This document shows positions 23,814 through 37,055 of a stretch of 64,000 bases of DNA, in pieces. The stretch is from Azolla caroliniana (lineage: Eukaryota > Plantae > Polypodiophyta). Both the position numbers and the translations under genes were made by a program. The notes beneath the pieces are model-generated. The model was not told where the DNA came from and searched no databases. It saw only the letters and a program-made list of their open reading frames with translations. Every line of letters begins with the position of its first letter. The stretch's first letter is position 1. Location of the stretch: the NCBI GenBank assembly GCA_043228905.1, contig JBHGNT010000004.1, positions 744,001-808,000 of the forward strand, written 5' to 3'.

Positions 23814-26800
23814 TCAAAAGGAGAATTTCCCCTTTGCACATTTCAACATATATTCCTGTTGGGATGATACAAGTGAATACTTCTGCTTGCATTGGTTTTC
23901 ACTCTTTCTTTCCAACTTTCTTCTGGTTTTGGTTTTCACTCTCATGGCTTCAATATTTTCTGCGTCTTCTTGCATACCAGCAGCTGCATAGATATTAGAC
24001 ATCAGCATATAAGCTGCAGCGAGATTATTATTGATCCGCATTGCCTCATCAAAAGCTAACCTCCCAAGCTTCACATTTGCCCATTTTCTACAAGCACCCA
24101 ATAGTGCAAGCCAAAGTTTTGGATCATTAGACAATGGTATTGTCCTAATCAGTGACATTGCCTTGTCAAAGTTACCTGTGCATCCAAAACCAACGACCAT
24201 GCAAGTTTGGTGCTCTAACTTTGGAGTGATCCCATATTGTGTGCTCATAATATCATAATATGATTGCACTTCATTTAACTTACCTGAATGAGTACATGCA
24301 TTCAGTGCTGATAGGAAAGATATTGCATCTGGAGAGAAACCCTCACTTTGCATGCCTTCAAAGCAGTTAAGAGCTTCATGAACTTGCCCCTCCTGAGCAT
24401 ATCCTGTAATTAGTGCAGACCAAGAGACTATGTCTCTAACAGAAAGTTCCTTGAGTACTTGTTGAGCTTCTGTAAGCGCACCACATTTGGCATACATATC
24501 CACCAAAGTAGTGCCAAGTATAATATTCTTCTGTAAGAAGCCTCCATTGAAAATGACATCATGAATTTCTTTGCCTTTGTGGATAGCTCCAACACTACTG
24601 CACGCCTTAAGGATGCAAATGAAGGTAACCTCGTTTGGAGAGAGACCCTCCCTTTGCATCTGCTCAAAACAGGTGAGTGCATCTTGTCCTTGCTCATGTT
24701 GGGCATACCCAGCAATTAACGAGTTCCAGGAGACAACATCTCGAAGTGGAAGTTCTTCAAGTACTTGTCGTGCTACTGCAAGAACACCCCGTTTGGCATA
24801 CATATCTACTAAGACGTTACCCAGCATTACGTTTTTCTCCAAAAATCCTCTATTCACAATTTCTTCATGAATTTGTTTTCCCATCCTAATAGTTCCTCCA
24901 GACGCACAAGCTTTCAAAACACACATTAAGGTGACCCAATCAGGATAAAATCCTTCCCTCTTCATCCGTTTGAAGCAATGTAATGCTTCATGGCCTTGTG
25001 CTTCTTGGACATATCCTGCAATCAATGCTGACCAAGATACCTTATCTCGAATATGCAGTTCTTCAAGTACTTCCTGAGCTTTTGCAAGGGCACCAGATTT
25101 GGCATACATGTCTATTAAAGCATTGCCAAGAATTACACTTTTCTCCAGTAAGCCCCTATTCACAATCTCATCATGAATATGTTTGCCCTTGTCAAGGTCT
25201 CTTGCCTTAGCAAAGAGTTTTACAATGCAAGTGAATGTCACCTCATTTGGACATATACCCTCACTTTGCATTTGTGCAAAGCAGCTCAGTGCTTCATGAC
25301 CTTGCCCATCTTGGGTGTATCCTGAAATTAGAGCATTCCAAGTCACTACATTTCGGTTATGAAGTTGTTTGAGGACTTGGTCAGCTTTTTTAAATTCACC
25401 ACATTTTGCATACATATCCACCAAAGTATTGCCAAGCACAATATTCCTGTCCAACAATCCCCTTTGGACAATCTCTTCATGAATTCGTATACCCTGATCA
25501 ATAGCTTTGATGCTACCACAAGCTTTTAGAACCAAAATGAACGTGACATCATTTGGAGAGAAACCATCCCTTTGCATACGTAGAAAACAATTGAGAGCTT
25601 CATCACCTTGACCCTCTTGGACATATGCTGCAATTAGCGTAGACCAAGAGACCACATCCCGAACATGAAGATTCTCAAACACTTGACGTGATTGTGTAAG
25701 CATGCCGAATTTGGCATACATATCTACCAAAGCATTCCCAAGCACAACATTTTTCTTCAAAAATCCACTATTAACAATTTCATCGTGAAGTTTTTTGCCC
25801 TGATTGATGGCCTTCACGTTGCCACATGCCTTTAGCATGCAAGTAAAGGTGACCTCATCTGGAGAGAACCCATCTCTTTGCATATTTTTGAAAACATTCA
25901 GAGCTTCATAGCCATGTCCTTGTTTGGCATAGCCAGAAATGAGAGCATTCCAAGATACCAAATCTCGGGCAGGAAGCTCTTCAAGCACTTGCTGAGCTTT
26001 TACTAATAATCCACATTTGGCATACATATCCACCAAAGCATTGCCAAGCACAATATTTTTCTTCAACAAGCTCCTATCGATGATTTCCTCATGAATTTGT
26101 TTGCCCTTATCTATGGCACCAGTGGTGCCACATGCCTTCAAGATGCATACAAAGGTGACCTCATTTGGAGAGACGTCTTCCCTTCGCATTTGTTCAAAAC
26201 AATTCAATGCTTCACGACCCCCCTCATGTTGGGTATATCGCATAATTAATGCATTCCAACACGCAACATTCCGAAAGGGAAGCTCTTGGAGCACTTTATG
26301 TGCTTTTCCAATGAAACCACATTTTGCATACATTTTCACCAATGCAGTGCCAAGCATGACATTTCTCTCTAACAAACCCATATGGATAACCTCATTGTGA
26401 ATCTGTTTTCCCTTGTTCAAAGCTGCCATGTTACCACAAGACTTGAGGACACAAGAGAATGTGACTTCATTTGGAGAGATGCCTTCTCTTTGCATGTGTT
26501 CAAAACAGTTCAATGCTTCGTTGTCTTGACCTTCCTGGACATATCCTGCAATCAATGTGGACCAAGAGACCACATCTCGAACTGAAAGGTCTTGAAGCAC
26601 TTGCTCAGCTTCCTTAATTGCACCGCATTTGGCATACATGTTGATCAAACTGCTGGCAACATAAGAGTTCTTTTGATGCAATCCCCTGTTCAGAATATGG
26701 GCGTGTAGCCTAGACCCTTTACAGAGATCCTTCTTCTTGGCACAAGTCTTGAGTAGCTCAACCAAGGCAACAGCATCCTGCTCACAACTTCCAATGCTAA

Positions 26801-26846
26801 TCACATTGTTATGTCTTCCATTTCTTCTTTGCTCTTGTGTTGCCAT
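23814..26846 (-). CDS. PLS-E class PPR protein, 8 P-L-S units
   Basis: 1010-aa intronless ORF; E domain WLALLGACRKWANV...AAYMLMSNIYAAAGMQEDAENIEAMRVK followed by a non-DYW tail. Confidence 0.95.
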   Translation of the reverse strand: MATQEQRRNGRHNNVISIGSCEQDAVALVELLKTCAKKKDLCKGSRLHAHILNRGLHQKNSYVASSLINMYAKCGAIKEAEQVLQDLSVRDVVSWSTLIAGYVQEGQDNEALNCFEHMQREGISPNEVTFSCVLKSCGNMAALNKGKQIHNEVIHMGLLERNVMLGTALVKMYAKCGFIGKAHKVLQELPFRNVACWNALIMRYTQHEGGREALNCFEQMRREDVSPNEVTFVCILKACGTTGAIDKGKQIHEEIIDRSLLKKNIVLGNALVDMYAKCGLLVKAQQVLEELPARDLVSWNALISGYAKQGHGYEALNVFKNMQRDGFSPDEVTFTCMLKACGNVKAINQGKKLHDEIVNSGFLKKNVVLGNALVDMYAKFGMLTQSRQVFENLHVRDVVSWSTLIAAYVQEGQGDEALNCFLRMQRDGFSPNDVTFILVLKACGSIKAIDQGIRIHEEIVQRGLLDRNIVLGNTLVDMYAKCGEFKKADQVLKQLHNRNVVTWNALISGYTQDGQGHEALSCFAQMQSEGICPNEVTFTCIVKLFAKARDLDKGKHIHDEIVNRGLLEKSVILGNALIDMYAKSGALAKAQEVLEELHIRDKVSWSALIAGYVQEAQGHEALHCFKRMKREGFYPDWVTLMCVLKACASGGTIRMGKQIHEEIVNRGFLEKNVMLGNVLVDMYAKRGVLAVARQVLEELPLRDVVSWNSLIAGYAQHEQGQDALTCFEQMQREGLSPNEVTFICILKACSSVGAIHKGKEIHDVIFNGGFLQKNIILGTTLVDMYAKCGALTEAQQVLKELSVRDIVSWSALITGYAQEGQVHEALNCFEGMQSEGFSPDAISFLSALNACTHSGKLNEVQSYYDIMSTQYGITPKLEHQTCMVVGFGCTGNFDKAMSLIRTIPLSNDPKLWLALLGACRKWANVKLGRLAFDEAMRINNNLAAAYMLMSNIYAAAGMQEDAENIEAMRVKTKTRRKLERKSENQCKQKYSLVSSQQEYMLKCAKGKFSF

Positions 26847-29436
26847 GGTTCCTTGTGAATTGACACAAATTTCTATTGAAGTTGCTACTAGCTAGACACT
26901 TCACGGTGCTCGGGGTCTTGTTTTCAGGGTGTGTTACGAAGTAACGGCATTCCATCTTTCTAACAATAAGCTTCATACCCTCCGATGAAAAAAAGTAGGG
27001 CCTTCACACTATATTTGGTAGAAAAAGTTAGCCTCAATGACCGAAGCATATTGCTTCACATGGTTTGGGAGAATTCAACATTTGCAGATTCTTGAAGGTG
27101 GCAAATTGTTCCTAGTAAAATCGATTGGTATGTATTCTGGAATTGGTCCATGCACTTTAGAGTCGATGGTTGTACTTTGTACATACCGTGGTTTGGCACA
27201 ACTTTGTATGATGAAAAAGGGAAGGGGCAATTAGTATTTGTGTTGTCTTGCAAAAGAGAGAACGGTACATTTAGTAGAAGGGGTATGCTTGTGTGGGTTG
27301 GGGCGAGGATTTCTCAAATGCTATTAGATGGATATTGCAATGCTAACCATAATATTACCTCCATATATTTTTTCAGGGAGCAATTATATATATGCATGCT
27401 GCTCAAGACATTTGTCGTAATGCACTACTCGTGCAACAAAGGGAAGTTTGTTTGTTTCATCTTTGTACTATTGCTAAACAAAGGGTAGCTTGGGCAATAT
27501 CTTGTATTTCTTATGATTTTAGAATACTAGGGCGTATCTTTGGGGAAAAAAGGTAAAAAACAAAGGGTAGCTTGGATATAGTTTCTCATGCGCATGAAAG
27601 AAATTATTTGTCTTTTGTAACCTCAACAAGTATATGTGTTCAAACTAAAATAAATCAACGTCAAGATTTATAGAGGGGCAAACACGATAGATTGGTGTGT
27701 GATGTAATAGTTTATTAGGAAATCCCATTGAGAAATTCAACAACTTAAGTAGAGGTATAAACATTTATAACCTTGTATCAAGACTTATAAAAGGGCAAAC
27801 ACAATATGGAGATAGATGGTGCATGATGTAATAGTTGGGAAGTCCCTTTGACAAATCCACAACTAACGCTAAATTTGGTCATGATTAACCTTGAATAGCA
27901 AAAACGAAGAGAAATGGAACTATGAATTCCCCTTTAATTATTTTAGGAGCTTAAATGTTTATCAAAATACGATCCTTTTTTTCACCAACATTTCAAACTA
28001 AGTTGTCTAAACAATACCAATGAATAAAACCATCAATTCATTGATTAGATGAATCTTATTACAATTTCCAATAACTACAAAAAATGAAATAAGACTCTTT
28101 CTACATGTAATTCTGGTCCAACCAAGAACATCATCCTTCTGCCAAGTATGCATATTTCTATGTACATATCAATGTTAACAAGACAAACTAACTTTTACCG
28201 TTGAAGAGGAGTAAGCTATGGCTACTTGGTCATAGCCAACAAATATTGTTGAGTAAGCGCAACTACAACCACTCGACGGCCAAGTATCCCCGGATATGAG
28301 ATAAAGTCTAATAATGTGCATGTACTCGTGCTAGGAATTAGGGACATTTAGGATTGGGAAAGAGAGGAGGAAACACTTGGGTTTCTTCCACTTATAAGTT
28401 TTGGGCAAAGACAATGACTATTAAAGTGGGCTATCATTATGTATGAAGTATAATAGACTCATCAACGCACGAGGCTTCTTAAGAGTCGTACCAATGACTC
28501 ACTTGTGTATCTTCTCATTTACCCAAGCCCATAAAAGACAAGAATATTGTCAACATTATGATCAATTCCTAAATCCATCCTCTTCATATGGCAAAAAGTC
28601 TCAATATTTCTAGAAACAAAATCTACTAAATCAAAACCAAAACAAATTCATGACATGTTCTCTTATTTTTAACCATCAGCCCTAAAGTGTTTAGGTCGGC
28701 CATTTGCATTCAGGCGATCACATGAATGTTCATTTAGCTTGAAGAGAGAATCATGTGCTTGCGTAGGTTTCAAGAGCCTAATCTCTTTTCATCATTTATG
28801 GGATAGAGACATCATGTTCCTATGTTTGTAAGCTAACAACGCCTTTTGAATGAACTTGAGTGTTTGCTCCAACATCTAATTTCTCATAAGTATGGACTCA
28901 TGTTTATAAGACAATCACATAGGGTAGCTCAAGATGTTATTATATTGTAAGAAACTCAGATCAACATTGTCAAACACACGTCTCTATAGCCTTCTTCCAA
29001 ATCCTCCAACTCACCACGATCTTACCACATTGCTAGTCACACCCAAGTTTCTATGGACATATGCAGGCCCATAATTATGCAAATCGCAAGAGATTCAATC
29101 CAAAGGTCCACATTCTTACATTGGACATTATCAACAACTTGCTTCCATACGAGCTTCTTCGATTACACGACGATTGTGCTGGAACCTGTGTATAGTGAAG
29201 GGGGCAGGGGATTTTGGACGGATCGAAGTGTCCGGTCGCAGTGCGGTGGGACAACGGGAGGCTATCGGAATTGCGTGTAGATATGAAGGTGTTGGGCAGA
29301 GCCGATGTTTGGAGACAATGGTCCATAGCTGGGCTTGGGGTTGGGTTTGCTAGACAATACAGAGAGAGATTGATTAATGACTCATGACTCAGGGATTTGT
29401 GAATTAATTGTGTAGAGAGAAAGAAAGAGGAGAACT

Positions 29437-32400
29437 ATGGGAGGGGGGGCAGAGGTAGAGACAGAGACAGAGACAGAGACAGAGACAGAGGATGAGAGAG
29501 ACAGAGAGGGACCTGGCCATGGCCATGGCTATGGCTTTCGGCCTCGCCTCCTCTTCCAGGACCAGGTGCAGGAGTACTTCTGCTCAGTGTTTGGACCTCA
29601 GCATTTCAACCATATCTCTCAAGCTCTTACGTTAGTGCTCTGCTCTGTTCTCTTACTGTTTTTATTTTTTATTTTGCGGCTTCTTCTTGACTTCAAGAAA
29701 CTTTAAATAGCGCATGTCATCAGAAGGATATAATGAATGCGTATGCATTTTAGAGTTTACCGCCCCTGATGACGGTCTGTTTATAACTTGTCGTTTTCAG
29801 ACGCCCATCCAGATATGCATGCATCAGGGTGAACACTCTTCAGACATCAAGGAAAGAGATCGTCAATAAGCTTTCTCGCATATTGGACAAGCATTACATT
29901 GGTAAATTGACAAGAATCTGTCTGTGTTTATGAATATTTGTGGTATATATATTTATATTGTCTCTTTAATAAGGCTAGCTAGCTGAATCCATTCTTGATT
30001 ATGTATCGGTAGGTTGTAGGGATCAACCAATTAACGGTTCTGGTTCTGTCCAGCTAGACAACGATAATGAAACGGATTTATGCCTTGAGCATCCTCTTTT
30101 GAAGAGTGCCATCCTAGTCAGAGGTGATGGCCCGCATGAAATATGTTATTCTGGATCCTTGAAGGAAGTGGTAGTGAGTCGCAAGTGTGCAGAAGCCGTT
30201 CTACGTGGAGCCAATGTATGTTAAAACGCTTCAGTTCTCTCATGGTTGCTTTTATAAGATCTCCTGGTTCGTTTCAACAAATGTACTTTAAGTGAGTTGT
30301 AAGAACAGAAAAATAGCAGACTTGATTGGTCATAGCAATACGTGGAGATGTTACATGATGCTATGAATCTTGTAGCTACACCCAGCCCAAGGGAATTGCC
30401 CCTAGGTTTCCAGCGAAGTGGACTTCCTAGGTATGATTATCTATGCTATGGATGTTTGTAATCAGTGACAAGTAGGATGAGCCGTAAATTGGTTTTAGGT
30501 GCATAGATACACAAGCAGGGATCAATGTTAGCACATGTCCCCTGCTCGGGTTTTATTCTACTAGCACCTTGGATCCACTGTAATGAGAACTCTCATTCTG
30601 GGCCCTGTCCGTATATGTTGTTCTCTACGTCTAACTAATTGCAGAGTGTGGATTGTAATAATACCACAATCTACATAGTTATGACACAGGAATAATATTG
30701 AACTCCAGTACATGAACGTTACTTCTCAAATCACGCATATCTACAGTACAAATCACAAAAGAAGTGGGAACCTCGTAGCTGACCCTTTGCATTAAATTGT
30801 TTTCTGTAATGAAGGTCAGAACTTTTATAGGTGAAGCGTTGTCCATCACAAAAGAGAAGAGTACATATTGCTAGATTGACTGAAATCTGCCAGATTCTGT
30901 TCAGTTTTTTTTACTGATTTTGTCCACTTGTCAAACCTGGCAGCTATTTTGGTAGGGGCTGTTCTGGAGGTCTTTGCCAGTATTAGTTGTAACCTTATCG
31001 TGATTTTGAGAGCAAATTTTCTGATTTTGTGCGTGGTCACATCCCTTCTGAAACTAACCCCAACAAATCTCTAGCTCCGATGCAACCATGAACGTAAGTC
31101 GGGCAAACCTCCCGACTAGTCACCATTGAACACTCTCCTGTCCTAGGGCCAATGTCCAAGGACAAGGTATAACATCTGTAAGGCCGTGTCCTATATCACC
31201 TAACCTCAGCCCCCTTATCATAAACTTACGAATTCTCTTCGACACCTCTAGCTAGTGGTGGCATTCATACCCCAAAAGGAGGCTTGAGCTTCCTTTTTCT
31301 AGTTATGGCCACAAGTGCCAGGTCAACCCTGGTCAACGTGAACACTGAAGACCCATCCTGATTATGTTCATAGGTCAGGTTGCCCACTTCTCTACGACGT
31401 GGCATAATATTGTGGCACAGTGGTTTCTTATGCATGACTCGTCTCAGGCCAGCTTGAAACTTAATGTGCTGTTAAGAGGAGGCTTAGATGAAAAAGAAAA
31501 AGGGAGGATTCAGCAGTGAGGGGGTTACTTGGTTGACACAGTCAAACATGAGAAGAGATTATAGAATTTTGTGATTTTTTTGTTTGCATAGGTTTTTGTA
31601 CCTGGTGTGCTAGCATGTAGTAGCCATGTGGAGCAAGGGGATATTGTTGCAGTCTCTGTGGCTATGGAACATTTGGATGCAAACAATGATTGGGTGGTTG
31701 GTGTTACGCGCGGCACTGTACTGCATTCTGAACATGGAAGGGCACGTAAGGCTGATCTTGTATTTTTTATTTCATCACTTCCAATAAATTGTTGTATAAG
31801 TTCTTGCCAACTTGACTGGCTGAAGACCGCCTGTCTGTGATCTATAAGAGAGTACATGATTCTATTTAGAGCTGAATCTGGCTGAGAAACCCTTGTCAAA
31901 ATTACCATGTTATTTTGATTTCCACAGACATATTGAAGCCTATCTTATGATAGTACCATAGTGTTATTATATTCATGAGCTATTCATTACATCTGTCAAT
32001 CCTGCTACCTCATGATTATATCATCTAACAATATTCTTGTAAATGCATTGCACAGAAATGAATGATGTAGATAGAAGAAATTGCTATATTGGTAAAGGAA
32101 AAGCAATGCTCTCTCGAACCAGCATATTCAGAGACATTCAAGGTGTGGCAGTGGAAATGGTTGATCGTGTATACAGGCTACCTCCCTTGCATGGTATGTT
32201 TTGTGCTGTTATCCAACATTTCCTCTGGGAAAATAAAAGATTTATAGCAGTACATGCTATGCCCAGTGTTTTCTCCGGGAAAGTGTCATTGAAGTAATGT
32301 AGTCAAAATAATAGAACCCATAAAAAGATACAGCGATGTGACTGATCAAGGTCTAGGAGCCAAAACTCACAACTCTAGAGGAAATGCAGACCAAGAGATA

Positions 32401-35400
32401 TGAAGATTTATTATAAACATTTAGCTAGGTACATAGCAAGCCACCACGAGTCTTGAAAACAATGGATCCCTGGAACATGTTGGATGTGGTTCCTGCATTC
32501 ACTTTCTGTAGTTCACATAGGGTATTACTTGATGCTTCTTCAATAAACATGGCAATACATTAGAAAAGTGAACATTGACCATTATAGGCTACTGCAAATC
32601 TTGTATCTAGAATATAAGTTTCACATAGTAGAATGATTTTTGTTAAATTGATGTGAGCTACATTGTGCTCTGCTTCATGGGCTATTTGTTTTACAAGGAA
32701 TTGACCTCTCTTCGTTTGCTTACTGCAACCTTCTGTGTTCAGATAGGTCAATGTTTGCCTTGGGTCAACTGAGAAATATGGCGTGTCTTAATATTTTATA
32801 TTTGTGGAAGCTTAATGGGCACTTTTTTGGATGAAAAATAAACAATGAATGCATATAGAAGTGTTCCCATATTTTATATTTGTGGAAATTTAAAGGGCAT
32901 TCATGTGTGATGGACAGTCAAAAAAGCATGTGTACGTACATTGCAGAATATTGAAATTGTCTAGATGTGATTTGGCTGTTCACAAAATTCTAATTTCTTT
33001 AGAATAAATTATCAGACACTACATCTCAACTGATACTGATTTTGCTTCTTGGAGATGGAATTACAGGGGTCTTGAAGGGTGACATATTTTTACAGAACCT
33101 TCCCAGTATAGTTGCAGCTACAGTTCTTGGTAATGAATTTCATTTAGCTGTTTGTTGATTATTTTCTTTGTTGTAAGGTTCTGTCTTTAGTGCACAAATT
33201 GTCTTTCAGCAGAGGGAACTAATCTAAAAACAGCAATAGATAGTGGGTTGTGGGACATCAATCTTGGCTGCAGCTCTGAAAAGAATGTAGATGATGCAAT
33301 TACAAAATGAAAATCTTGTTGTCTGTCATGCAGAATATACTAATGTAATGCACATATTTAGGAAAGTTTGTCTTGTAGCTCACAACTTCTCAGAAGATTC
33401 TTTGTATCTCCATATCCTTTCTCCTTAATTTATAAAATTCACCAGTTCTGATTCTTTTTAAATGAAGAGAAATTGTCAACTGTGGTATTATACCCACAGG
33501 CGATAGTAATGTTTGAACTGTAAAATCCTCAGTGCCTGCATTCTGAGCTTATGTTTTCTCTGTCACTTGAATTGTACCTTTTCTTTTGCATACAAAAGTG
33601 AAATTGTCCGGTCCTGCCCATAAATCTCTTGAGATAGGTGATTAGTGGTTTTTCAAATGTTAATACAGATGCAAGACCAGGAGAGCATATTCTTGATATG
33701 TGTGCTGCACCAGGAGGCAAAACTACGGCAATTGCGATTCTTATGGAGGATAAGGGGACGATAATTGCAACTGACAGATCACATAACAAGGTAACATGAT
33801 TCAGTGTCTAAATTTCCTTGTAGTATTCTGTTTGTTTGTATAACGTTTTATCTGCTATTTCTTATTATGTGTCTTTTGCTTCTTGGAAATACAGGTTATG
33901 GATATAGTAAGGTTAGCAGAAGAGATGAAATTGACATCAATTAAGGCATTCAAACTGGATGCTTTAAAGGCTGTGCAGAAAGGAACTGATAACTTCTCAA
34001 CAACGAAATCTAGTTCAAGTGACGTGATGTTGAAGCTTAGGCCAGATGCAAATGCACAGGAAAATTCTGTAGTGGATCCTATTTCTCGTGAACAACGTGA
34101 TCCTAAACAGCAGGTTTCAATTTTCAGATGCAGTGGGTGAAGATACCACTGTTTTTTTTATTGCAGCAGTTACCGCCAGTAATCCAACCCATGCATGGGA
34201 CAAAAGTTTTTTATACAGTGTTTTTTCTTCACAGAATAATGAAAATAAAGTACTGCACTATGAAAGTAAGGTAAAAGTGAGGAAAGAGGCAAGAAGATTA
34301 AGGAATGGAGTAGAAAAGGTACAAGATTCAAGCCATGGACAAATAAAAGGGTTTTCTCCACACAGCTTTGACAGAGTGCTGTTAGATCCCCCATGTTCTG
34401 CATTAGGTCTACGGCCTCGTCTTTTTGCTGGAGAGGTCTTAATACATATAAACAATTTGCAGATTACTTTCTATCTCGGTGCTATTTACTTTATGATGAA
34501 GTGGACAGTGCTGTTTGTGTAGGAAACAATAGAAAATTTGAGACGGCATTCAGTTTATCAGAAACGATTGCTTGACCAAGCTGTGCAACTTTGTCGACCG
34601 GGGGGAGTCATTGTGTACTCAACGTGAGTAACTTTTTTATCTTTCAAACTGGATATATTCTTAATTATTTTTTAAAATAATTGACATTACATTAGGGACA
34701 CATGATATGAAGCAAATAGCTATTTGATGTCTTCTATGAAGTTGTTAATCATTTTCATTTTGGCATGACGTCCATCACAGTTAATTTTTCGAGGTAATGC
34801 TGTAAGGTTACTGAGCCCCCCATATGCGTATTGTGCACAATAGCATTATCTTTTATCTAGCATGACCGTTGATGATGCTGATTCTCGCTGTGTAGTTCAT
34901 CTACATATTTTGAGCTGGAGATGAGTATTTGTTTCAGGATAAATTGTGCTGATAATCTGTTTTAAAAAGTAAGTTGCTATAACATCTGTTAAGAATGTTA
35001 CTTAGTGGAGCCAGATGTATTTGTTGTCATTATACTTTTTACACCCTCTAATTGTCTATAGAGCGTGGTTGTTTTCTGTTCCAGCTTCACCCTAAGACCA
35101 TAGTTTAATGATGTGTATTTTGATAAAATAATGTGTTTTAAAGTCATGAAAGACTTGCACGTATCACATGTCTTCATGATAAGGATGGTCCATCAGGCCA
35201 TTGCATCATACATGATATGCCACTATTTCAATGCTTAATTAAGGAAAAGTTAGGCTTCTTCTCTTAGCAGATTCTGCACACAACACATTTGTTGATATTC
35301 ATGAAGGCTCCTTATAAAGGCCAAGATATGGTCGTTGGGCTAACTAGCTGTTGGGCTGACAATCTCAAATGATGTATTCAAGTATGTAGGGCCTCTCTGT

Positions 35401-36317
35401 GTCATTGATGAAGAAACAAAGTACATGGTTATGAGTGAATTTCTAGGACTGTCCCTTGGGTTATGGCATCCCATTCCGTGACCCATATGAACCTTGCTTG
35501 TACAGGGAGTCCAAAGAAAAAGAAATCATGGTTCTTGACAATTATCCTAATGTGTATGCTGGTTGCGAATAGCATATGACTTGAAAAAGACGTTGCAAAT
35601 AACTATGATTGAGTTTTGTTGTTGCCACTTGGAAGTCCATTACAGCTGAAATATCAATGCATATTGTATTTATTTAGGTGCACAATCAACCCTGGAGAAA
35701 ATGAAGCTGTTGTTCGATATGCTTTGGATACATACAGTTGTCTGTCGCTCATAGATCAGGTATGGTGACATTTATCTAATCTATTCTTGTGCGGCTTGTG
35801 CAGCATTGGAGGTTGTCATATATATATGAGTAAATATACAGATATATAAGTTTATCTATCTTAACTTTTGAAAGCTGGATATTTTCAAGTGGTTTTCTGT
35901 TTTAACTATCATTACTTTGACTTTTGAAATGCAGAACCCCAAGCTAGGTGGGCCTGGTCTTACTGGTGGTCTAGATGATGGAGTATCATACAAGTAATGT
36001 TATGAACCGTGACATTTTATGTTACTTATTTAACAAGTCTTGTGTTGATGCTGTACAATACATTGTTTCTCTCCCATACATCAATGGTCACTTTTAACAT
36101 TCATTCTTGCAATGCACACTAAACTTTTAGCCCACTAAAAGTTGCTTTCTAATGATACATCATGGTATACCTCTATTAAACTATGTACTGCAGGGAATGG
36201 CTTCGGGAAGAAGAAAAATACTTTGTACAGAGGTTTGATCCGTCAGGACCTCTGGATACAATTGGTTTCTTTATTGCCAAGTTCAAAGTGGCAGAAAGCA
36301 AACCTGAGCTGATCTAA
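29437..36317 (+). CDS. NSUN6: NOL1/NOP2/Sun-family m5C RNA methyltransferase with PUA domain (NSUN6-type), 13 exons
   Basis: Exons about 29437-29630, 29801-29901, 30013-30215, 31592-31745, 32056-32193, 33067-33129, 33669-33790, 33895-34113, 34235-34435, 34523-34623, 35678-35759, 35935-35993, 36194-36317. Motifs CIRVNTL, CAEAVLRGANVFVPGV (PUA), LQNLPS, LDMCAAPGGKT, FDRVLLDPPCSALG, VYSTCTINPGENE, DTIGFFIAKF. Confidence 0.9.
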
Positions 36318-36721
36318 TTACAGCTTTCTTACACATGTAACAAGTGTTTTGCTGAAACAATCTCATGAGCTTGGGAACTAAAATTTGGTGACAAACCCTA
36401 GTGTTTGCCTGTATTTGATGCGAAGACCATAAAAGAATCAAAGAACTTCAGGGGCTTCTGAAATCTATTCCTGCTGACTGCCTATTTAATTTCATCGTGG
36501 GACAAATGCCAAGATGAATAACAATAAAGTCAATGACGTAACTTCTAAAATGAAGAAAGCATTAGATTTTGCCTGAATTCCTCATGTGTCGGCAGATGTA
36601 ACAAGGGTTTCTCATCTTATATCATGTGCCTAACCACCAAATTTTGGTGCATTAATGACTTTACGGAGTACATGTAAACTTTGCACAAAAGTGTGTTGTA
36701 TGTGTTGGATATGATCTGGAG

Positions 36722-36828
36722 TAGCAATTGGCGAAACTCGGCTTAATGGATTAATGCCTTAAACGGTTCGTTTCATTTTTGTTCAGGTTCAAGATTTTCC
36801 AACGGTTCAAACGGTTTGAAACCGTGGA
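36722..36828. mobile_element. Fragment of the MITE family seen at 7277-7689
   Basis: Shares ggcttaatgg.ttaa...acggtt...gaaaccg motifs with that element's left arm. Confidence 0.45.
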
Positions 36829-37055
36829 GTTCCTAATAGAACATGTTGGAATGTCTTCACAATTTTTCACTACTTGTCATCTCAAATAAGTTATTGCCAA
36901 CTTTATCATCATTCTGAATGCATCCTTTCCCTTTTCTGAGTCCATATCATCAAATGTGATATATGCAAGCATAGCCTCAATGTATTAAAAAAAGAGATGG
37001 TGTCAAAGGATAACCATAATGGGAGCAAAAATGAAGCTCAAATGAAGGGTGATGA

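Noticed and set aside
57-26585. Many recurring short ORFs antisense or off-frame to the PPR genes (e.g. MAYISTKALPST..., TTFGIHIHQ...)
   Set aside because: Shadows of the repeated PPR coding units; they recur only because the sense repeat recurs.
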